Shown in pieces: positions 1 to 9,516 of a stretch of 64,000 nucleotides of DNA (positions are counted from its first letter, which is position 1; each line of letters opens with the position of its first letter). Under the pieces are notes generated by a model that saw only the letters and a program-made list of their open reading frames with translations, ran no database searches and was not told the DNA's origin. This stretch comes from Meyerozyma guilliermondii. Lineage: Eukaryota. The stretch is from positions 930,001-994,000 of the forward strand of contig CP128817.1 of the NCBI GenBank assembly GCA_051546255.1, given 5' to 3'. A program made the position numbers and the translations under genes.

Positions 1-1274
1 AAACGCTTATTCTAAGCGTGTGAAGCATTTGGTGTTTTCCCCACCTCCCTGCTTGTTGGCGGACAAGTTTGGTTTGAAAAAAAAATTGCAATTGCTCGAT
101 TCTCGTACCACTTATACCTTCATCATTCCATTGATTGATGATGTATTTTACTGGGAATTCTGGAACTATGTACTCAATGGCACAGTATCTTGCGCCTTGT
201 ACTTTGTTGATGGCCAGAGAGTGTCCAGGTCAATGCTAGAGCGATATTCAACGCTTCCTGTTAGTTACCTTGAAATCGACACCCAAACTGTTCCTCCAGA
301 CGAATATATCGAGGTCTTTTCCATGCCATCACCACCTTCAATAGTTCTTACAAACGGAAGAACAGACCACGGACTCACACGATTGCTCCAGTGTGCAGAA
401 TATTGTGATAGCATCATAGATCCTCTTCAGCCTCTTCGTGATAATCTCGAACTAAGCGTATACGCTCAGTTTGAAAAAGACACCAAAAAGTATTCACAAT
501 ACGAAAAGGCAATAAAGTTGGCACTCAAGTCAACTGCAAAGAGTGTGCTTGTTGCTGGACCCGGTAGAGGTCCTCTTCTTCAAATCGTAGTGGAAATGTC
601 TTCAGCCAAAATCACAGGCGTAGAGAAAAACCCACAATGTATCGACATCTTAAAAGAAAGAAATGCTCATGAATGGCAGGATAGGGTTGAAATAGTACAC
701 AAGGATGCCCGGGAAGTATGTGGAAAATGGGACTTGGTTGTTTCGGAAATGTTGGGTTCATTTGGGTGCAACGAATTGAGTCCTGAGGTTCTCGATGGGT
801 TCTCATCCACGGTGATCCCGCAATCATATACCAGTTATATTCGGCCCATCTACTCTCCCATGGTGCCGCTGCAGTACTATGTTCCTTTTTTGGCTCATTT
901 TAGTGTCTTTTATTCCATCACAAATCCAATGCCTTGTTGGACCTTCAGACATCCCAACAACAATTCAATGCAAAAAAAAAGCCGTTCTCAAGTTTGTTGC
1001 AATGTATGAAGAGTATATCAATGCATTTGAAGGCACTTTCTCTGCGGTTCTATTTCAGAACGTAACCATATCCAACCAGCAAGAAACAAGTGATTATGTA
1101 CCATCTTGGTTCCCAATGATCTTTCCAGTCGAGAAAACACGACTTGAAAAAAAGAAGGAGTATGTTGTTGAAATTGAACGAAAAACTTCCTCCGAAAACG
1201 TCTGGTATGAATGGAAATTCTTGGGAAAGAGGTATAACCAGAATGGACAGAGCCATTCGATCAAAAAGCACTAA
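1..1274 (+). CDS. HSL7: PRMT5/Hsl7-family protein arginine methyltransferase, 5'-truncated by the window; reading frame broken at the A9 run at 972-980
   Basis: Motifs YAQFEKDxxKY, VAGPGRGPL, VEKNP, VSEMLGSFGCNELSPE in ORF 20..1009. The C-terminal SWFPMIFP...VWYEW lies in the overlapping frame 879..1274. Confidence 0.85.
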
Positions 1275-1280
1275 ATGGGT

Positions 1281-1883
1281 TCAATAATTCACCAGTGGTT
1301 TCAGAAGTCTTTGAGCCACTTCTGGTCGTTCATTCCTCTCTTTCCGACCCGGTTTATCAACCTTATCTCTCCTATGCAGCCGGTGACGTTTGTGATCATG
1401 GTGCGATCTCGAACCATGTCTGTCTTGTTTTAGTCGTTTGATTTCCTGGTCTTTTATCTTTAACAACGGGTCATCCGCAAGTCTAACGCTCTTATTCAGA
1501 CCCGTTCCACCCACAATCCGCTCCATTCTGCTGACCACTTTTGTCTCTATAGCTTGCTTTCCACTTAACATGTCTTCAACCTGTTTCTTTCCATCCGTAA
1601 ATTCTTCATTTACTTCACGAAACCCATCTACCGTGGTCTCTTTGGGTGCATCCTCGTACATCCAGTTCAAATTGCTGAGTTCCCGCTTCTTTTCCGTGGG
1701 TATATCATCTCCATATTGGAGCTTCAAGAGCGCTTGTTTTTCTCGTTCTGCACTAAGTTCCTTTTCCCGTTCTTTGATCTTTTGATGTTCTTGTAGAGCT
1801 TCTTGTTCTTGTTCCCAGAGCTTCTTCTGGTTCTTCATGAGCCCGGGGTGCCATGATTTTTTGAGATTTAGGTTTCCAGGCAT
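1281..1883 (-). CDS. CWC25: Pre-mRNA splicing factor Cwc25
   Basis: N-terminus MPGNLNLKKSWHPGLMKNQKKLWEQE, LNWMY and DDPLLKI motifs. First ATG is at 1883; the upstream extension in the ORF track is low-complexity repeat. Confidence 0.88.
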   Translation of the reverse strand: MPGNLNLKKSWHPGLMKNQKKLWEQEQEALQEHQKIKEREKELSAEREKQALLKLQYGDDIPTEKKRELSNLNWMYEDAPKETTVDGFREVNEEFTDGKKQVEDMLSGKQAIETKVVSRMERIVGGTGLNKSVRLADDPLLKIKDQEIKRLKQDRHGSRSHHDHKRHRLHRRDKVDKPGRKERNERPEVAQRLLKPLVNY

Positions 1884-1884
1884 T

Positions 1885-2030
1885 GTGAGTGAGTGAAGTG
1901 AGATTTGAGATTTGAGATTTGAGATGAGTGAGAAGTGAGATGAGAATGAGATGTGATTGAGGAAGAATGAGAATGAGATGAGAATGAAACTGAGGGGAGA
2001 ATGAGATAGAAGAAGTGAGAGCAAGAAATG
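1885..2030. repeat. Degenerate (TGAGA/TGAGAT/TGAGAA)n simple repeat immediately upstream of the CWC25 start
   Basis: Visible run gagtgaagtgagatttgagatttgagatttgagatgagtgagaagtgagatgagaatgag... Confidence 0.8.
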
Positions 2031-2156
2031 AAAACATAACAGTAATAAAGTAAAGTAGATAAATGATAAGCTTCATGGCATCGTCTTCTGATAAGAACTA
2101 CCTTGACCATCTTCAATCTACACCCTCTATCTCTCCATACATTAAGTATATATCGG

Positions 2157-2537
2157 TTAGAAACCGTGAATTTTGATATTCTTCTTGGGCAACTGCAACT
2201 GAGTGGTCAAGAACTCACTCACCTTTGTTCTTTGATCTCCCTGCAATTGAATGACTTCTCCAAGATCGTCGTCCTTAACAATATTACCGTTACAGGCAAA
2301 ATCCTTCTTTAAAACCTTCAAAATCTTCTTCAAATCATACTCCTGGGGCACACCTTGGACCGTGGTCAATGTCTTACGACCATTACGTTGTTGAATACGA
2401 ATGTGAATGTAATTTGTTGGCTGAGCTTCCGAGTCACCAGTGTCAGCAAAAGGGTCTGGGGTTAGTATATCGTTTGGAAATTGGTCACAACAAACTAGCT
2501 ACGTACCAAATGCGTTTAAGTTTTGGATAGTTGACAT
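2157..2537 (-). CDS. SUI1: Translation initiation factor eIF1; exons 2537-2507 and 2455-2157, 51-nt intron 2506-2456
   Basis: Spliced protein MSTIQNLNAFDPFADTGD...YIHIRIQQRNGRKTLTTVQG...KNIKIHGF. Intron GTACGT...TACTAAC-CCCAG. Confidence 0.95.
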
Positions 2538-3000
2538 ATAATAGGCAAAGTTTTGACTTTGGTTGTTTAGTATGTGATGGTCACTTGCAATCTTGATTTG
2601 CACCACGAAAAAGCTGCGGGGGTTACCCGGCGCCGCGCCCCACCCGCACCAATTTGCTGCGACTTTTGCCAAATCTTCGATTTAAGGATTAAGCAATGTT
2701 GCACCAATTTGGTGGCTTACACGTCGGTTGCAATTTGCCACTAGCAATACAACAATAGGCAACCTGAAACAAATTATTTTGAAAAAATTACAAAAATTTA
2801 CTTTGCTATTCACTGCTCTCCATTGCTTACTCTTGCTTACCCCTTGCTCTCCATTTGCCTGCTCTTTGCTTATCCTGCTCTGTTTACCCCTGCTCATTTG
2901 CTCACCTTTGCCTCCTTTATGTCTTCCCCCAATTACACGTCTATCATATCTCATGTGACAGCAAGCACGTGAATGGCCCTCCCCTCAATAAATCGAGGCA

Positions 3001-4335
3001 ATGACAAAATTTTATCATTGTCTATCCATGCCAAAGCAGTCCCTGGCTACAAAAGAGACTCCAACGGACCGAAAGGCACAGGGTGCCGAGTCGTCTCTGG
3101 AAAAAATCAATGGCCAGTCCATTGATTCGTCGAAACAAGTGTATAATGAACGGGAAAAGAAATGGCAGTCCTTCATAACTCGAACTGTTTGGGCGCTTAT
3201 CATGCTCGTATTTTTCCTTACATGTTTGGTATCGGGTCACTTGCCGTTGATATTGATGATCGCTATGTTCCAGATCATGATCTTCCGCGAAATCATCGCC
3301 ATGATCTCGGAACCGGCTCGTGATAAAAAATTGAAATGGAACAAATCATTAAACTGGTATTTTTTGGTTTGTACGGTTTATTATGTTGATTTCCAAAGTT
3401 TTTTTGAATTCTTTGAAGATTCCATTCTCCAGTATCGGGTATTATCTATTTTGGCAAGCAATCATCGGTTCATTTCTTATGGCTTGTACGTTGCTGGATT
3501 TGTGTTTTTCGTCTCCACATTGCAAAAGGGCTACTACAAATTCCAGTTTGCTCAGCTCTGTATCACACATACTACCCTTTTGTTGGTGGTGTTTCAATCA
3601 CATTTGATTATCGACAACATGTTGAATGGTCTTTTCTGGTTCTTGCTTCCAGCTGGGCTCGTCATTGTCAACGATGTGTTTGCTTACATTTGTGGCATCA
3701 CGTTTGGAAAAACTCAATTGATTGCAATTTCTCCTAAAAAGACAGTCGAGGGCTTCGTTGGAGCTTGGGCTTGTACCAGCATTGCTGCCGTCATATTTGC
3801 CCATGTCATGTCAAATAGCTACTACCTTATTTGTCCCGCTGTGAACCTCCACACTACCGTCTACAATTACCCCATCTGTGAGCCAAATCCTGTGTTCATT
3901 GCTCAATTCTACCAAATTCCTCCAGACCTCGTTGACTGGGTTGGTACAGAAATCCTCTCACTCAAACCAGTTTACTTCCACGCAATTGCTTTGGCCTCTT
4001 TTGCTTCGCTCATTGCTCCATTTGGTGGTTTCTTCGCTAGTGGATTGAAGCGTGCTTTTGGTATTAAAGACTTTGGTGATACTATTCCAGGACATGGAGG
4101 AATCACCGACAGAATGGATTGTCAATTTCTCATGGGATCTTTCAGTTACTTGTACTATCAAACATTCATTTCTACAAACACAATGAGCATTGGCAAGATA
4201 TTACAACTGGCCATCTTGAACTTGAACGTTACCGAAATTTCCCTTCTCATTAAATCGTTGTTAAAGTACATTAATAATGCTGGTGTGCTTACGGACGAAA
4301 AATACAAAGCAATCATCGAGTTGTTGGAAGGCTAG
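3001..4335 (+). CDS. CDS1: Phosphatidate cytidylyltransferase (CDP-DAG synthase); start may be the second ATG at 3028
   Basis: SPKKTVEGFVG and IKDFGDTIPGHGGITDRMDCQ signature; multiple TM segments. Confidence 0.95.
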   Translation: MTKFYHCLSMPKQSLATKETPTDRKAQGAESSLEKINGQSIDSSKQVYNEREKKWQSFITRTVWALIMLVFFLTCLVSGHLPLILMIAMFQIMIFREIIAMISEPARDKKLKWNKSLNWYFLVCTVYYVDFQSFFEFFEDSILQYRVLSILASNHRFISYGLYVAGFVFFVSTLQKGYYKFQFAQLCITHTTLLLVVFQSHLIIDNMLNGLFWFLLPAGLVIVNDVFAYICGITFGKTQLIAISPKKTVEGFVGAWACTSIAAVIFAHVMSNSYYLICPAVNLHTTVYNYPICEPNPVFIAQFYQIPPDLVDWVGTEILSLKPVYFHAIALASFASLIAPFGGFFASGLKRAFGIKDFGDTIPGHGGITDRMDCQFLMGSFSYLYYQTFISTNTMSIGKILQLAILNLNVTEISLLIKSLLKYINNAGVLTDEKYKAIIELLEG

Positions 4336-4620
4336 TTCCATCTCGGCTGTGTCGCCCCAGCCGCATAGTTTACATATATCTGCACTAATACATGCCTTCC
4401 CCCTTGCATCTGATCTGGATCAGCAAGCCTTCGCAATCATGGTCCTGATGAAAACACCCATACACCACAACATCCAGCAGTTGAAGTGAAAGTCGCGGAA
4501 ATGTTCTACCCAAACGGGAAACCTCAGCCGCACGAGATACTGGCTGCGTCCGAATTAGGATCGCAGCCAGGCTAAGAAGGAATTCGCAGCTATCGGTTTG
4601 GGCTCGAAACTGCCTGAATT

Positions 4621-4670
4621 CGACCAGCAGCCAGCAGATCTTGACAAAACCGGTGGAGCGATATATAAAT
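4621..4670 (+). promoter_or_regulatory. Tandem CCAGC (Ace2/Swi5-type) sites followed by a TATA box upstream of SCW11
   Basis: gACCAGCagCCAGCag at 4622-4637 and TATATAAA at 4662-4669. SCW11 is a known Ace2 target in yeasts. Confidence 0.6.
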
Positions 4671-4807
4671 TGGCCATGGTTGCAAATTGTATCTTGTCGA
4701 ACAATTTTATTATCCGAGCCATAGGTTCTTGTCACTCTTTTACGACCACTGAATACATTCGTTAACATACTCAAATCCACAATCTTTTACAATCACTTAC
4801 AATTACT

Positions 4808-6190
4808 ATGATCCAGATACTTACATTCCTTCTCATAGTACAATGGGCCATTGCAGCTCCTTTGCCTGCCATTCTCACTCGGTACCATACCGCGAACCCA
4901 GTGACAGTAGTTAATACAGTCACAACTGGAACCACAACTTTATTGCTTCCTCCAGTTGAAATTTTCATTTCCAATGGTGTTTCGTACACTTTTACTCACA
5001 CCGAATCTCCAGCTGGTTCCCCAACTACTTCCACGGTAGTAACCAACGAGCCAACGACAACTGCTCAAGATACTCCAGCCACTACTCAACAAGCCAATAC
5101 TAAGGCTGCAACCACCCAAGCGGTTCCAACTACCCAAACCCAAGCGGTTCCAACTACCCCAGAAACCCAAACTGTTCCTCCAGCGACTCAAACTCAAGCC
5201 ACTCAGCCAACTCAGCAGACTTCCCAAGCCACTCAAGCAACTCAGACTTCTGCTCAGACTCAGCAGACTCAGACCACCCAGCAGACTCAGACTACTCAAG
5301 GTCAAAGCTCTCAAGCGCAGCAGACTCAACAGTCTCAGTCTCAGACTCAGACCTCTTCCGGATCAACTGAAACAAGTGCTTCTTCAGGTAGCATTCCTGC
5401 TCCAAGTGCCATTGTATACTCACCCTATGCCGACGATGGAAGTTGTAAGGCACCCTCTGAGATCCAAACAGATCTCAACTTGATCAGCAGCAAGAATATC
5501 AAGAACATTAGAGTTTACGGTGCCGATTGTCACACTCTTGATGCTGTGTTGCCTATGGCTTCCGATCTTGGAATCAAAGTTAACCAAGGTTTCTGGATAT
5601 CATCAGCAGGAGTGGACTCTATTGATGATGCGGTTGACGACTTTTTGGCTTACGGAGAGAAAAACGGATTTGGAGTCATCGACTTTATCACCGTTGGTAA
5701 CGAAGCCATCAATGAGAAATACTGTACCGTTTCTGAATTGACAAGCAAGATTGCACTGGTCAAAGCCAAATTGAAGAGCGCTGGATATACTGGTAAAATT
5801 ACCACCTCCGAGCCACCAGTCTCTTTCATCAACAATCCTGAGTTATGTACAAAGTCTGGCATTGATTTCGTGGGTATCAATCCTCACTCGTACTTTAACA
5901 CAAACTTGTACGCTTCTGATGCTGGAGACTATGTAACAAGTCAACAGGCAGCCACTGCTGAAGCATGCGGTAACATGGATGTTCTCATTACAGAAACCGG
6001 TTACCCATCGAAAGGTAACGTCAACGGTAACAACGTACCATCACCTGAAAACCAAGAGATTGCCATCAGATCCATCATAGAAAAAACCGGTGGACAAGTG
6101 ACCATTTTAACAACATACAACGACTTCTGGAAACACCCAGGACCTTATGGCATCGAACAATACTTCGGTGTAATAACTTTACTTCAATAG
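4808..6190 (+). CDS. SCW11: Secreted GH17 cell-wall glucanase with a Thr/Gln-rich linker
   Basis: Signal peptide, T/Q-rich region, then IVYSPY, IRVYG, ITVGNEA, ITETGYPSKG, PGPYGIEQYFG. Confidence 0.88.
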   Translation: MIQILTFLLIVQWAIAAPLPAILTRYHTANPVTVVNTVTTGTTTLLLPPVEIFISNGVSYTFTHTESPAGSPTTSTVVTNEPTTTAQDTPATTQQANTKAATTQAVPTTQTQAVPTTPETQTVPPATQTQATQPTQQTSQATQATQTSAQTQQTQTTQQTQTTQGQSSQAQQTQQSQSQTQTSSGSTETSASSGSIPAPSAIVYSPYADDGSCKAPSEIQTDLNLISSKNIKNIRVYGADCHTLDAVLPMASDLGIKVNQGFWISSAGVDSIDDAVDDFLAYGEKNGFGVIDFITVGNEAINEKYCTVSELTSKIALVKAKLKSAGYTGKITTSEPPVSFINNPELCTKSGIDFVGINPHSYFNTNLYASDAGDYVTSQQAATAEACGNMDVLITETGYPSKGNVNGNNVPSPENQEIAIRSIIEKTGGQVTILTTYNDFWKHPGPYGIEQYFGVITLLQ

Positions 6191-6237
6191 GATGCTTCAT
6201 TTCGATTAATACATTAGACAGGACCAGTTGTAACATC

Positions 6238-7212
6238 TCAGAACTCAATCACCTTCTTTGGAAAGTACTCGTCAATTAATTCCAAGTAGTAACTCTTCAA
6301 TTCGTCAACATCGGATTGCTGGTCGTTCTTAGAGTACAAGTCATACTTGTTGAAAGCACGAACAGCTTCAAGCATTTTTGTATCATGATCGTCCATGAGG
6401 TATGTATAAGCATTCTCCAGGTGCCATGGATAGAATGAATGGTATCGTATCATAGCTAAAGCCTCTTGAGGCAAAGTTGAATTGTTCTTGGCGACATGAT
6501 ACATGTACTCATCATGGCCCCAACTCAACATCACCTTGTCAAGTCCACAATGTTTGGAGTAGATTCCATATTTGGTATTGTAAAGAGGATTGGTAAAATC
6601 CGAGTTCTTTTTAAAACTTTCAGGAAAAATAATTCGACTCAGAAATTTGCAGCCTACTGGAAAGGTATCACCAACCACGTCCCACTGCCCTTGAGAATCA
6701 AAAAAATATAGGAGCTTACCAAGGTCATGAATGAGTCCCACTAGCTGGAACCAGCGAGGTTGACCATCTCGTCGTATTGCTTCGGCGGTTTGAAGAGCAT
6801 GGTCGATTTGAGACAATTCTGTATCGGGATCACTATCATCAAGGAGCCGGTTTAATTTTTCCAAACCTTCCCAAACCGACATCTTGGCCCTTGTCTTGGT
6901 TTTGAAGTTGATTCTGGCTTGAATATTGTAAGCCACCGTTTGTTTTTCATGTTGTTCTTCGTAAAACTGCTTGACTCTATCGCACGCCAACTCGTACTGG
7001 CGAAACATTTTTGTGTTTGCATTTTTGTAGTAGTCCATCTGGGCATCCCAGCTGGCAGAATCTTTTTCCACGTCTTCGTTTTCTGCCATTCCTGGTTTTC
7101 GAAGTTGAAGTTTTAATTGGTTGACTTGTAAAACTTCATCATCTTTTTTGTCAAGACTTTTTCCCAGCTTGTGCTTCTGGAACTTTTTCTTGGTGACCTT
7201 TGTATGGATCAT
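6238..7212 (-). CDS. MIOX: myo-inositol oxygenase
   Basis: DDSDPD, HALQTAEAIRRDG, GLIHDLGK, VVGDTFPVGC, SWGHDEY, IRYHSFYPWH. First ATG is at 7212. Confidence 0.93.
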   Translation of the reverse strand: MIHTKVTKKKFQKHKLGKSLDKKDDEVLQVNQLKLQLRKPGMAENEDVEKDSASWDAQMDYYKNANTKMFRQYELACDRVKQFYEEQHEKQTVAYNIQARINFKTKTRAKMSVWEGLEKLNRLLDDSDPDTELSQIDHALQTAEAIRRDGQPRWFQLVGLIHDLGKLLYFFDSQGQWDVVGDTFPVGCKFLSRIIFPESFKKNSDFTNPLYNTKYGIYSKHCGLDKVMLSWGHDEYMYHVAKNNSTLPQEALAMIRYHSFYPWHLENAYTYLMDDHDTKMLEAVRAFNKYDLYSKNDQQSDVDELKSYYLELIDEYFPKKVIEF

Positions 7213-7419
7213 AGCAGTGATGAATAGAGTGATGAAATAGAAAGTGATGGGAATAGAATGTGAAAATAGAATGTAAACTGTAAATGAAATAAAGCTTGAG
7301 AAAGTGCGTTTCTGCTTTATTGGTGGTAGGTGCAGGACAAACGGCTGCAACAATTCGAGCGAGCAAATCAAGACAACATTACTAATTATTATGGAGAACT
7401 ATACTCGTTAGCTATTAGT

Positions 7420-9148
7420 TTATATCTCCTCGAGTGTCTTGTGGGCGTCGTTGTCAGAAATATCCTTAGTGGAGTCGTAGGTTACTTGATCAATATTAAT
7501 CTTCTCGGGTCGTTCCAAAGCAGTGAATGGTTGACTTGTCACCTTACAATAAATCCACGTTGCTAACAATCTTACACCTGTTGCTGCAAATGTGATCAAA
7601 AGACCACCGAAAGGAGCCACCACGAAAGCACCAAAAGGGCCCCAGTCTTCAGGGTTATAAAGACCGTTCCAAATAAGAAGAAGCTTTCCGCCTTCTTTGG
7701 CAGAATTATAGTAGACGGTTCCAAACACGAAAACACCAATAAGAGCACCTAAACCTCCACACATGACATCGAATCCACGCAAAAACCAGAAGCATCGGTC
7801 GCTCAAACCCAAGAAAATTGCGGGAATGATGGCAGCAGAAACCAAATCAGCAATCAAGTAGATCTGAAGAATATCATTGGCCACTTTCACAGCCAACACA
7901 ATGATCGGAATCATCACGAGAACCACGAGTCCACGAGTGTAAATCATAGGGAGTTTGTTCCTAAAAAAATCATTGGATATCGACGATACCATTGCTGATT
8001 GCAATGAGTCGAACGTACATGTAGACAAGGCAATACTGAAGATGAGCACGAAAGCCACTACCCATCTAGGCATTTTCGCCAAGAGAATAAAGAAGGCATT
8101 GTACCCATCAGCGTCTCCCACCGTCAAGTCACCGGACCATACTGCGAGGAAACCAGTGGTTCCCACCAAGGTGCAAATTGCAAAAGTGACAAAAGAAGCA
8201 ATCGAGCAGCCGATCCACAAATCTTTGTCGGAACGACTGGCAAAAGTACGGAGCCAGAACCCAGCCATAAAACAATCATTGGTGACAATTGCCACGAACA
8301 AAATGTAAATTAATTGCCAGCCAAGTTTGTTAGCCTTGAGCAAGCCCGAGGGTCCAATTTTGGAAGTATCGATATCGATATTTGTTCCCATTCCAGCAGC
8401 ACAAATGATGATCAAGAGCAATACCAAGACACCCTGAAAGTTATCGGTGATGAAACTAACACGGAAACCTCCTACTGAGGTGTAAATTGAGGTAACAATG
8501 CATTCCACAATCATAGCACCAAGAGCGTCTAATCCAGTCAAAGTTTCAATTGCGGTTCGAATTGCAACCAATTCTCCAAGCATGAACAAAAACATGGTCA
8601 AACATGTGAAGAACGACAAGTACCACGATGTCACCATTCCAAAACGTTTACGAACCCATTCGGTGAACACAAAACCTTCGGGGCATTTTTTACGAATGAT
8701 GGGCCCAACGCACGCAAACCCGAGAATAGGAAGAGATCCGCAAATGGTGTATACCAAAAGACCATGAAGACCAGATATATTCGCTATCTCGGAGTACGTC
8801 GTCAAGATACCACAGCCCATGGCTGGGTTAGTATGGAAACGAATACAACTTCCCCACGCAAGTATGAACTTGATCGGGTGATGGCGGTTTTATTCTCAGC
8901 CCTTGCGAATCAAAATGAGATAGGTAAGGACACCCGCTGTTGCAAATGAGAGGAAAAAAACTGTACTCAGGTTACTTACCAGAAGCGATAAAATTCAATG
9001 CCAATGGTATTCCTCGTTGAGAACCATTGTGCGAAAGAAAAGAATCCGCTTTATAGAAGCGATATGCAATGGCCAACCCTGTGGCGAGAAGAAACGCATA
9101 CGTTAGGTATATGATGGCATTACTACCCTGAGATGAGAGCTGAGCCAT
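7420..9148 (-). CDS. DUR31: Sodium:solute symporter-family (Dur31-type) transporter, probable thiamine/precursor transporter; exons 9148-8980 and 8822-7420, 157-nt intron 8979-8823
   Basis: Exon 1 MAQLSSQGSNAIIYLTYAFLLATG...RGIPLALNFIAS joins in frame (G|CC=Ala) to MGCGILTTY. Intron GTAAGT...TACTAAC-CCAG. Many TM helices; YTSVGGFRVSFITD motif. Confidence 0.85.
8844..8944 (-). ncRNA. TPP (thiamine pyrophosphate) riboswitch aptamer within the DUR31 intron
   Basis: Minus strand reads TGCAAC-A-GCGG-GT-GTCCTT..AAGGGC-TGAGA-ATAAAA-CCGC-CATCA-CCC-GAT-CAAGT-TCAT-ACTTG-CGT-GGG-GAA-GTTGTA. P1-P5 all pair, and the conserved CUGAGA, GAUC and GCG elements are present. Confidence 0.92.
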
Positions 9149-9516
9149 AGGAGGAGAATTTTCGATCGAGCAACACTAAGCCTTTAAGTACGGCGATGGC
9201 ACCCAACACCACGGAAGCCGTATGCGCTTACGGGAACAATGAAAAATAGAGGAGGAACAAAAAATACGAAGAAAAAATAAGAAGAAGAAAATAAAATATA
9301 AGAGGAAAACAAGAAATGAGAAGAAGAAAATGAAAATTGTTCGGTCAAATTGATTGAAAATGAATAATTTGATCTGACCCAATTGGCTAGGTGTGCTATA
9401 TGTCTTCCCTCTTCTTCCCCCTCCCTCCTGCTCCAGTGCAGGAATCTGCGACCTTATCAGTAGCGAATATTTTCGCCGATATCACCACTTCCACATCTTT
9501 TCATCTATTCTTTGCA

